From: Azolla caroliniana
Taxonomy: Eukaryota; Plantae; Polypodiophyta
NCBI GenBank assembly: GCA_043228905.1
Contig: JBHGNT010000004.1
Span: 682,001 to 746,000, forward strand
DNA length: 64,000 nucleotides
Direction of reading: 5' to 3'
Shown: positions 52,721 to 64,000 of the stretch, in pieces
How the letters are laid out: each line of letters begins with the position of its first letter
Position numbering within the stretch: the first letter of the stretch is position 1
Translations under genes and position numbers: made by a program
The notes under the pieces: model-generated
Database searches by the model: none
What the model was told of the DNA's origin: nothing
Seen by the model: only the letters and a program-made list of their open reading frames with translations

Positions 52721-53113
52721 CTAAGTCATCGTGTTGTTTTCTAATCTTCTAAGTAGTTGTTTTCTCCCTTCGGTCTTTTTCTTTCTTTTGCTAAGTCAAT
52801 CGTGCTCCAAGTTGACACCCATGGGCCATCATGCACACATTAGGATTAACTAAGCTATTTTGGTCAAGCACTTCACTCACAATAGCGTGCATGTGGCCCA
52901 CAACTTCCCTAGTTCCAAGCCGAGATCGCCATAACAACCTCACGAATGTGGACTTTTTACAAGAGAACATAAAAGAGGCATTTTCATTATATTAATTCAA
53001 AATAATATTGTTGAATAATTTTACATGTTGAGATGATAGTGACGTACATGTTTCTTTTTTCAATACGTATACTACTAGGGAAAACCTCAATGCTATGTGA
53101 AAACACACAAAAT

Positions 53114-56100
53114 TGACGGGAACTGCACGCTCCCTATACACAACGCTCGGCCACAACCGAGCTTAGAATCATACACAGAAAACGGGAAATAATGAACGAC
53201 ACGAAGAAGAGACGAGTACGCAGGATGTTTACGTGGAAAACCCAAACTAAGGGAAAAACCACGGCAGCCCACAGGCTGCAAACTATCACTATGTTAGTAT
53301 GTACAACAGTGAGTTCACGGAGGCAACGACCTCGTGCTCACGATCCTCGCCACAGGCGGCGGTTACAACAGAGGCAACGACCTCTTTATCTCTCTCTCTC
53401 TCTCTGTACACAGTTACGCGCTCTCTCTCTCCTTGCACCAACAAGAATGACAACAACTACTAAAAGTTTTCCCTAAGTCATATTTATACTAATATGACTT
53501 TTCGGCTATTTACAAATATAGCCATGATGGACTCTCAGAAACATATTTACGAATATGTCTCTTCATCCGGTTCTCACTGGGTCTGTACCATCCGGCTCTC
53601 CGTAGCCGGGTACTCCTCATCGGTCTTCACCGGGTCTGTACCATTCAGCTCTCCGTAGCCGGGTACTCCTCATCTGGTCTTCACCCGGTATGTACCATCC
53701 AGCTCTCCGTAGCCGGGTACTCCTCATCCGGTCTTCACCGGGTCTGTACCATCCGGCTCTCCGTAGCCGGGTACTCCTCATCCGGTCTTCACCGGGTCTG
53801 TACCATCCGGCTCTCCGTAGTCGGGTACTCCTCATCCGGTTTCGGCCTCGACCTAGTTTGTTCATCGGCACTGTTCTTCTCCCTTCCCATCCGGAGGGAC
53901 CTGTCTCCCAACAAACTCCCCCTTCACTCTGGCATGGGGTGTCTTACCAGTCCGATCCTCTTCCGGCATGCATCCAGCTTGTCGGGTATCAACACTTTGG
54001 TCAGCATATCTGACCCGTTCTTAGTCGTGTGGATCTTCGTCGGCGCGAACTCCTGGTCATCTACTCTTTCCCAGATCCACTGATACCTTCGCTGGATATG
54101 CTTTGTCCGGGAATGGTAGGCCGCATTCTTAGCAAGGTGGATGGCACTTTGACTGTCGCAATAGAGCCGGTATTCATCTTGCCGGATACCGAGCTCTCCG
54201 ATGAAGTCCTTCATCCATAATATTTCCTTGCTGGCTTCCACAGCCGCCATGTACTCCGCCTCCGTAGTTGACAATGCAACCGTCTTCTGCAGCCTCAACT
54301 GCCACGAAACAGCTCCCCCTGCATATGTCATTACATACCCGGATGTAGACCGGTTGGTATCCACATCAACCGACATGTCTGAATCGGTGAAACCGTCAAG
54401 TTGAGGTTTTCCGGAGCCGAATCGGAGAGACATATTTGAAGTACCCTTCAAATAACGGAGTATCCATTTGACCGCGTTCCAGTGCTCCTTGCCGGGATTG
54501 CTCATAAACCGGCTCACCACTCCGACTGCGTATCCTATATCCGGTCGGGTACACACCATTACGTACATTAAGCTCCCGACGGCAGAGGCATATGGAATCT
54601 TCATCATATCCGCCTTCTCTGCTTTCGTCTTCGGGCTTTGCTTACCGGATAACATGCAGTTTGCCGGAAGTGTCGATCTGACCGGTTTCGTATCTGACAT
54701 GTTGAACCGGTGAAGCACCTTTGTCACGTACTTCTCCTGTGACAGCCATAATTGCTTCGCTGACCGGTTCCGGATAATATGCATCCCTAGCATCTGTCTT
54801 GCCGGACCCAAGTCTTTCATTGAGAAGGTCCGGTTGAGGGCCTTCTTCAGCATCCGTATTTTGACTTGGTCCCGTCCGACGATCAACATATCATCCACGT
54901 ACAGGAGTATCAGGAAGTCGCCTCCTTCGAACTTCTTCACAAACACGCAATGATTGGCTTGCGTCTTGTGGTACCCTTGATCAGTCATGAAGGAGTCAAA
55001 CTTTCGGTACCATTGTCAGGGAGCCTACTTCAGTCCGTACAGGCTCTTCTTCAATCGGCAAACCAAGTGCTCCTTACCTTTCTCCACGAATCCTTCCGGT
55101 TGCTGCATGTAGATCTCCTCTTCGAGGTCACCGTGAAGGAATGTCGTCTTCACGTCTAGCTGCTCTACCTCGAGGTCCATGCTTGCCGCTATACTCAGCA
55201 CCGTCCAAATGGAGGTCATCTTAACTACCGGGGAAAATATCTCGTCGAAGTCCACGCCCTTCTTCTGTTGGAACCCCTTCACCACGATCCTGGCTTTGTA
55301 TCTCGGGGGGTTGCCAGCATCTCCCGGTTTCAACTTGTAGACCCACTTATTTCGGAGTGCCCGCTTTCCTTTCGGCAACTCCACCAATTCGTACGTATGG
55401 TTCTCATGCAGGGAATCCATCTTGTCCTACACGGCACTTAACCATTTTCGGCTGTGGGTGTCATCCTTTGCTTCTTCGAAGCTTTCTGGCTCCCCCTCAT
55501 CGGTTAACAGCACATGCTCTGCATCCGGAAATCTCCGGGGGGGCCTTCCCTCTCTGAGAGGATATCTCTGTCTCTAGGCTTCGGTATCCGACTCCTCTAT
55601 TTGCTCTTCATCCGAATCTGATTCGGGGTCTTGACCGGTTCCGATTTCAGCTTCCTCTACTTCTTCTTCTGCCGGTTCGATATCCTCACCGTAACCGGCT
55701 GGCTCCTCGAGTGCTAACCGGTCTCTTGCCGGTTGGGTTTGTTCATTGTAGAGTCTATCCTTACCGGTCGACTCAGAGTTCATTATCTTCTTCTCCGACT
55801 CCCAGTCGGCAAGCGTCTTGTCCTCCATGAAGATAATATCTCGGCTCCGAAATACCTTCTTGTAACCGAGGAATATGCATGGTCGGGTCTTTGGATCTAA
55901 CTTTCCTCTCTGGTCCTTAGCTACATGCACGTACGCAAGACACCCGAACACCTTCAAATGCCGGTAGGATACTTCCTTACCGGTCCATACTCTCTGTGGC
56001 GTGTCTCCGTCCAAGGGTATTGAGGGTGATCTATTTATCACATATGTCGCCGTCGACAATGCCTCAGCCCAAAACTTCTTGGGTAGTTTTCCATGCGCTA

Positions 56101-58698
56101 GCATACTCCGGACCCTCTCCATTATGGTCTGGTTCATCCTCTCGGCTAGTCCGTTTAGTTCCGGCGTCTTCGGTACGGTAAATTTGAGACGGATTCGCTT
56201 CGAGCGGCAGTACTCCTCGAACTGCCCCCAGTATTCTCCTCCGTTATCTGCTCGAACCGCCTTCAGCTTCCGGCCGGTTTCTCTTTCCACTCTCGCGTGG
56301 AGCTCTTTGAAGACGGATAGCACCTGATCCTTCATCTTCAACGGTGTGGCCCACAGCTTCCGGCTGTGGTCATCTATGAATGTCACGAAGTACTGCGCTC
56401 CGGCATGTGACTTTGTGTCTACTTGACACACATCCGTATGCACCAACTCCAATGGTGCATTACGTCTCATCGGTGGCCTTGGTCGGAAGGAGGTCCGGTT
56501 TTGCTTACCAGCCAGACAATCAGTGCACTTCTCCAAGTGCACGTTCTTCACTGAAATGAGGTTGTCGTCTGCATGCCTCTTCATCCCCTTCTCGCTCATA
56601 TGACACATCCTCTTGTGCCACAGCTCACCGGCAGTGTCAGATGCCACTTTCACTTTTTCCGGACATAATCGGGCATTCATCAGGTACAATGTGTTGACCT
56701 TTTGGGTCCGAGCCACAATCAGGCTCCCTTTGCTGAACTTCGTGACACCGTTCCGGATGTTACCCGTGTAGCCTTCATCATCTAGCCGACCGGCTGATAT
56801 CAGGTTCAGACGAACCTCCGGCACGTGTCAGACATCCTTCAGCAGCAACTTGCATCCGGTTGGTGTTGTCAGCCACACGTCTCATATGCCGACAATTCGG
56901 CATGTACCTTCATTCCCCATTCGGACACAGCCGTGATCACCGGCTAAGTAGGATGAGAAGCATTTCCGGTCCGGGGTAAGGTGGAACGACGCTCCGGAGT
57001 CTACCACCCAGGTCATCTTGTCGCCGGCAAGGTTTATCTCACTCTCCTTAGTGATGAGCATCAACTCTTCTTCACTTGCCGCGATTGCCAGTCCGGCCCC
57101 TTCCGGTCTTTGTTGTTCCGGTCCGGGGTCCGCTTCGAATCGGTACCGTCGGTCTCCTTATCTTTTCGGAAATGCCAACAGTTCTTTTGGAAGTGTCCCG
57201 GCTTGCCGCAATAGAAGTAAGTAGGCCTCCCCCCTTCACTTTGACCGTGTCCCCGACTTCTCCCGGTTCTGGGGACTACAGTTTCTATGTCTTCCGCGTT
57301 CCGATTCGGTAAGGAGCGCTTTGGAGTCGGAGCTCGTATCTTTATCTTTCCGACGCGCCTCCTCATCTAGCAAGCTCGACTTTACTCTTGCTAGGGATAA
57401 CCGCTTTCCTTCCGGCCCGGCGTTGCCCAAAGTGACAACCAACGTCTCCCAGCTATCCGGGAGGGAACCGAGCAGGAGTAGTGCTAGTACCTCGTCGGCG
57501 AGAGGTACTTCCAATGAAGTTGCCTGGTGGATCACCCCCTGGAAGGCATTCATGTGCTCCGCCATGCTGGAGCCATCTTGGCACCGGAGTCTTACTAGCT
57601 TCCGGAATACTGAAACCTGATTAACAGCATTTTTGTTCTCAAACATAATGTCGATCTTCTCCCAGAGCTCAAGAGCCTTGCTCTCTTCATTGAAGTTGTT
57701 GTATAGGCTCATGTCGATGAAGCACCATATGTACGCCGTTGTCTTCATGTGCATCACCTCCCATATTGTGGCGTCGATCTTGTCCGGTCTCTTGTCCCCG
57801 AACTGAACCGATAACCAAAGATCTTTAACCACGAGCATGTCCCTGATCTTCGACTTCCACACTGAATAGTTGGAGCCAGTGAGCTTGAACATGCCGCCAA
57901 ACAATTCGTCCATTTTCTGTGTCGTCTCGCTCTGATACCACTTGACGGGAACTGCATGCTCCCTATACGCAACGCTCGGCCACAACCGAGCTTAGAATCA
58001 TACACAAAAAACGGGAAATAATGAACGACACGAAGAAGAGACGAGTACGCAGGATGTTTACGTGGAATACCCAAACTAAGGGAAAAACCACGACAGCCCA
58101 CAGGCTGCAAACTATCACTATGTTAGTATGTACAACAGTGAGTTCACAGAGGCAACCACCTCTTTCTCTCTCTCTCTCTCTCTCTCTGTACACAGTTACA
58201 CGCTCTCTCTCTCTCCTTGCACCAACAAGAATGACAACAACTACTAAAAGTTTGCCCTAAGTCATATTTATACTAATATGACTTTTCGGCTATTTACAAA
58301 TATAGCCATGATGGACTCTCAGAAACATATTTACGAATATGTCTCTTCATCCAGTTCTCACCGGGTCTGTACCATCCGGCTCTCCGTAGCCAGGTACTCC
58401 TCATCCGGTTCTCACCGGGTCTGTACCATCCGGCTCTCCGTAGTTGGGTACTCCTCATCCGGTCTTCACCGGGTCTGTACCATCCAGCTCTCCGTAGCCG
58501 GGTACTCCTCATACGTTCTTCACCGGGTATGTACCATCCGGCTCTCCGTAGCCGGGTACTCCTCATCCGGTCTTCACTGGGTCTGTACCATCCGGCTCTC
58601 CGTAGCCGGGTACTCATCATCCGGTTTCGGCCTCGGCCTAGTTTGTTCATCGGCACTGTTCTTCTCCCTTCCCATCCGGAGGGACCTGTCTCCCAACA
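53114..58698 (-). mobile_element. Full-length degenerate Ty1/copia, Tnt1/Tork-like
   Basis: LTRs at 57943-58698 and 53114-53913, PBS TGGTATCAGAGC at 57940-57929, PPT AGTGAAGGGGGAG. Gag-pol is fragmented by frameshifts and stops (WVVDSGASFH, VHTDVC, RADNGGEY, LLYVDDMLI, HSRTKHI). Confidence 0.95.
53564..53840. repeat. 54-bp x5 tandem array within the LTR (second array at ~58347-58625)
   Basis: Unit TCATCCGGTCTTCACCGGGTCTGTACCATCCGGCTCTCCGTAGCCGGGTACTCC. Confidence 0.95.
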
Positions 58699-59329
58699 AT
58701 TTCCTTTCTTTTCTTCTCCCTTTGGACTAACTAAGCTAAGTCATCGTGTTGTTTTCTAACCTTCTAAGTAGTTGTTTTCTCCCTTCGGTCTTTTTCTTTC
58801 TTTTGCTAAGTCAATCGTGCTCCAAGTTGACACCCATGGGCCATCATGCACACATTAGGATTAACTAAGCTATTTTGGTCAAGCACTTCACTCACAACAG
58901 TGTGCATGTGGCCCACAACTTCCCTAGTTCCAAGCCGAGATTGCCATAACAACCTCAGGAATGTGGACTTTTTACAAGAGAACATAAAAGAGGCATTTTC
59001 ATTATATTAATTCAAAATAATATTGTTGAATAATTTTACATGTTGAGATGATAGTGATGTACATGTTTCTTTTTTCAATACGTATAATACTAGGGAAAAC
59101 CTCAATGCTATGTGAAAACACACAAAATAACAATAGACACTAATGTACTTTGAAGCACTCAAAAAGTTTGAAGTGGGATGTCCGGAAGTCGTAGATAATC
59201 TTGTAGAGATTGTTGAGGGATTGTTTGATGAAGTTAACCTTTTGTTGGTTGTTTTCATTGAAGATCTTACTGTTTACTATTGGACCATCCAAGTGGTCCA
59301 AAGTGACCAAATTTTGGCCCATCCATAAT

Positions 59330-60450
59330 CTTCAAGTCTATAAAGCAACAATACTATCCCTTAATTCTTCAATTCAACAAAGCAACAATATAATCCTTTA
59401 TCATTCGATCAATTTTCTTCCATTAGGATTCCAAAAGTGACAAGGTGATCAACGGTGCTTTGATGTTTTCATTCTCTTTAGTATGTGCACTTAAATTTAC
59501 TTCCATTATACATCCACATAACTTTTCCATAAGAGCTCTAGACATGACATAAGATAGAGCTTTATTGGTGGTTATCACATACATGGCACTCACCCAATGT
59601 ATGTGACGATGTTGTCTAGTGTTTGACACATAACAATGTCACCTTCCATTTCGTATGAAAGCTTTTCTCTAAAATTTCAATAGCTAATGGTGGGTAAATT
59701 ATATTTGGTGGCAAATTTAAAACATCCACAAATTTCATTTGGAGCACATGTTTCTCCATCATTATTGAGGATCCCATGCACAAATTCCTTACATGGAATA
59801 CCTTACCCGCCTTTATTTATTAACTAATTTTACAACAGCTTAGAGGGTTTTAGATTGCCATTAACTCTTCACTATTTGTTAGGACCATAAGGGCTTTTTG
59901 TAGTATCACCTTGTTTTAAAATATATTGATGCTTTACTTTTGGGGGGGAATATACAGCCATTATTGTTTGCCAGTTGCTTACATGATTTATATCCTCCCC
60001 TTTTATGTAAAGATCTTCTCCAATTTGTATTCCAATTGTTGCATTTTGTGCAATGAAAATGTTGATGGCATTGAAACCTCCTTGGGAGGACAAAAACATA
60101 ATCCATCTCACCCAAAAGTATGGAGAATATGTATCTGCATGAGAGACAACGCTTGATGGGTCCAACTTGGAAAAGTTGTGTAAGATTGGTGGATGCAATG
60201 GGAAGCACTACCCAACAACTATGAAAGCTTGTATATTGACTGATCAATAAGAGAGCTAAAACAACAATCCACCTTCATTGACGGTTTGTGTAAAGGTGGC
60301 CGAGTTGAGGGAGGATACTCAAAAAGTGTAAGAAAGACACCAATTGGTGCCCAAAAGTCTTGAAAGTTTACCTTACACAAAGCATTATAAGTTTGTGCAT
60401 TGCTCCCTTTTATCCTTCTTAACTTCTTGCTTTCATGTTCCTTGCCCGTC
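59330..60450 (-). mobile_element. Possible decayed LINE ORF2 remnant
   Basis: Fragment SQGGFNAINI..Q resembles the post-RT GGLG motif of L1 elements. The support is weak. Confidence 0.25.
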
Positions 60451-60868
60451 TCTACAGAAATTCATCTCAATGTCTTATAAACTTCACCCCCATTGTCTCA
60501 TGACAACACCATTTTGAACCATCATGTTCACATTCAATACGTGTCTCTTTTTAAACAATGTGTGACAAACCATTGATATTGATTCTTGTTTGTTATCCTC
60601 TTGTTCTAATGCTCCTATTATCATCCGTCCATGTCCTTATATCCTCTCATATTTACAGCATCCTTTGTTGTACATTAATCACAACCATCTTTACCCTGAT
60701 ATTCTCTAATATTACCATACATCCATCATTGTCATTTGTAAAGAGTTGAATGGGAATCATATGAAGATTTTCTTCTGATGTCGATTCTGGGGCGAAATTC
60801 ATAAGCAGATGAATTAATGATAACAAAATGCGCTACTTGTAAGCAGCAACAGTTAAATCAACTGATTG

Positions 60869-63317
60869 TCATGTGAAACCATATGAATGTTTCAACCGCT
60901 CAACCAATGGATCCGGATTGTCATGCATTGTTACTCTCATAGTTTCAATCTTTTTTACCTCATCTTGCATGCCAGCAGCTCTATAAATACTAGCCATAAG
61001 AACATAACTCGCTGCAAGATTAATATCCCCTTGCATTAGTATTTTCTCAAAAGCCAACCTCCCAAGCTTAACATTTCCCCATTTTCTACAAGCGTTCAGA
61101 AGTGCAAGCCAAACAACTGACCCGCCACCAGAAGAAGATGGCATCGCCTGAATCACTGACAATGCCTTGTCAAAGCAACCTGCATGTCCAAAAATAGTCA
61201 CCATGCAAGAATGGTGCTCTAAATTTGGTGCAATTCCATATTTTTTGCTCATATTCTCATAATATATTTGGGCTTCCTCCAAATTTCCTGATTGATTACA
61301 TGCATTCAGCACACATAGAAAGGTTACCTCATCAGGAGAAAGGCCCTCCTGCTGCATACGTGTAAACATATCACGCACTTGTCGAAAATCCCCCTCTCGA
61401 GCATACCCTGATATCAATGCACACCAAGAGACTACACCTCGAACAGGAAGTTCTTCGAGCACTTGTTGAGCTTTCACAAATGCACCACATTTAGCATACA
61501 TATCTACTAAGATATTGTTGAGCACTATGTTTCTCTCCAATAATCCACCATTGATGATCTCCTCATGAATTTGTTTGCCCTTGTCAATAGCTCCTATGCT
61601 CCCACAAGCCTTCAAGATGCAAGCAAATGTGACCTCATCTGGTGGAAGGCCCTCCCTCTGCATCTGCAAAACACAGTTCAATGCTTCATGGCTTTGCCCC
61701 ACCTGAATATACCCTGCAATTAGTGCATTCCAAGAGACTATGTCTCGGACATGGAGATCTTCTAGCACTTTTTGAGCTTTTGCAAGATCACAACATTTGG
61801 CATACATATCAACCAATGCGGTGCCGAGCACGATATTTTTCTTCAGCAGGTCCCGCTCAATGATCTCATCATGAATTTGTTTGCCTTTGTTAATAGATCC
61901 TGTATTCCCACAAGCCTTCAAAGCACAGCAAAATGTAACTTCATTTGGTGAAAGGCCCTCCCTTTGCATCTGCGCAAAACAATCGAGTGCTTCATGATCT
62001 TGCCCCTGTTGGGTATATCCAGTAATTAACACATTCCACGATACAGTATCTCTAACATGAAGTTCTTCAAGGACTTGTTGTGCTTTTGCAAGAACACCAC
62101 ATTTGGCATACATATCTACCAGCACAGTGGTAAGAGCAAGATCTTTCTCCAACAAGCCCTTATCAACAATCTCGGCATGGATTCGTTCTGCTTTGCCAAG
62201 AGCTTCTATGCTGCTACATGCCTTCAAACTGCAAATGAAGGTTACCCTGTTTGGAGAGAGCCCCTCCTTCTGCATATGCTCGAAGCAGTTGAGTGCTTCA
62301 TGACCTCGGTCGTGTTGGACATACCCGGAAATCAACACATTCCATGATACCACATTTCTAACGGGAAGTTCATCAAGCACGTGCTGAGCCTTTGCAAACA
62401 TACCACATTTGGCATACATATCCACCAAAGCATTGCCAAGCACAGCATTTGTGTTCAGCAAACCCCTTCTAGCAATCTCGTCATGGATTTGTTCACCCTT
62501 GTCAATAGCGCATATGCTTCCGCATGCCTTCAAGAGAGAAATAAACGTGACCTCATTCGGGGAGAGGCCCTCCTTTCGCATCTCTTGGAAACAATCAAGT
62601 GCTTCTTGGCCATGCTCATATTGCACATGCCTTGCAATCAAGGCATTCCAAGTGACCTCATTTCGCATGGGAAGCTCTTCAAGGACCTCTTTAGCTCTGG
62701 CGAGCAAGCCACATCTAGCATACATATCGACCAAAGCAGTGCCGAGCGCGATATTCTTAGCTAGCAAGCCTCGGTGAACAACCTGATTGTGGATTTGTTT
62801 GCCCTTAGTGATGGCACCAATGCTCCCACAAGCTTTGAGGGTGCAAATGAGGGTGACATGATTCGGAGAGATGCTCTCCGTTTGCATTCTCGCGAAGCAG
62901 TGGAGCGCCTCGTGGCCGTGCCCCAATTGTGCATATCCTGAGATAAGGGCCGACCACGGAACCACACCTCGGAAACTAAGGCTTTCCAGCACTCGATGGC
63001 CTCTCTCGACATCGCCACATTGGGCATAGGCACTGATGAGGGATGTGGCGACGTAGAGGCTCTTGTGGATCCATCCCTCCTTGAGGAGGACATCGTTGTG
63101 TAGTCTCGCAGCTTGGTACAAGTCCTTCTTCTTGGCACAGCCTCTAAGGAATTCCACGAGTGTGAATTCCTGCAGCTTCTGGTTCTGCATCGGCTCATGA
63201 CACCGTGTCTGTGAGGATGAGCATGTGCTGCTGCGAGAACAAAAGAGTTTGTGTCTGCATCTCGGTAGGCGAAGAACAGAGGCAGAGACAGGGGAGTGGC
63301 CATGGCAGGCATATACA

Positions 63318-63348
<31 letters not shown>

Positions 63349-63361
63349 TATGTACATACAT
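60869..63361 (-). CDS. PLS-class pentatricopeptide repeat protein with E-like C-terminus and no DYW domain; start codon uncertain
   Basis: Intronless 830-codon ORF with repeated P-L-S triplets (VSWNALIxGYxQ / PNEVTFxxxLKACG / GxALVDMYAKCG). It ends WLALLNACRKWGNVKLG...SYVLMASIY. Confidence 0.92.
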
Positions 63362-64000
63362 ACATACATAACCTCTTTGTCTTTCTTCAGAGTGTGTGTA
63401 AGGTTTTCAGAAATTTCATTTGGAATGCCCCTGAGTTTTCCTCTGTCTCCATCATTGCCCCTGACATTTTTCCTCTCATCTTCCTCCCGGACAACCCATG
63501 GGGCGGACAAAACCAAATAGACACTCCAACGACAAAGACATATATTAACCTATTTTAAGGAGGCCGAAACAATGGCCTATACAACCAAACAAGAAAAAGC
63601 ACGGAAAACGAGTGGATTGGATACCTAGCCATGTAACAATTGCTCTAAGTAATAGTTCCTGCGTGTACTGGCGATGAATCCTCTGTATAATCATTGCTCA
63701 AGTAGCTCGATTCATGGCTCTATTCGGAGCTATCCAGAGGCATTCAAGGAATTCGGCAAAACCTCGGGGGCATATAGGAAAATAAAGAAATATTTGAGGT
63801 CATTCGAGGAAATATAGGAAAAGGACATTATGGATACCTCGGAAATTGTTTAAAGATGTTGATGATTGTATTACCTTATTAATTACCCTTTGATGACATC
63901 TCCAAACTCTATTTCATAAATTGAACCCTTCTTTCATCTCTATAATATCTCTAAACCAAAACCAAAAGTTTACAAGTTGTGATTGACAGTTATCCATATT

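Noticed and set aside
53564-53871. 54-bp repeat array as a CRISPR array or an 18-aa repeat protein
   Set aside because: Head-to-tail units have no unique spacers, there are no cas genes, and the array lies inside a copia LTR. The ORFs arise because the unit length is a multiple of 3.

Overview
Eukaryotic plant nuclear DNA, probably a seedless plant such as a fern (inferred from repeat content and PPR style). There are three host genes, all on the minus strand. Two are tandem paralogous 19-exon LRR receptor-like kinases (LRR-VIII-1/At1g06840-like; 5163-13422 and 43567-51208), and the third is a PLS-class PPR gene (60869 to about 63300). The rest is mostly transposon debris. It includes a degenerate copia at 1-2875 with a solo LTR inside it, and a 22.4-kb multilayer nest (19928-42359) between the paralogs. 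The nest contains a self-priming Tf1/Tcn1-type gypsy remnant, a copia, an atypical gypsy, a truncated copia and CA/TA low-complexity DNA. The atypical gypsy has an FLDD RT motif, a tRNA-Trp PBS, a 4-bp TSD and a -1 frameshift site after the protease. There are also three hAT-type non-autonomous elements and a Tnt1-like copia (53114-58698) flanked by a 429-bp duplication instead of a 5-bp TSD. All coordinates were read by eye and no database searches were run.
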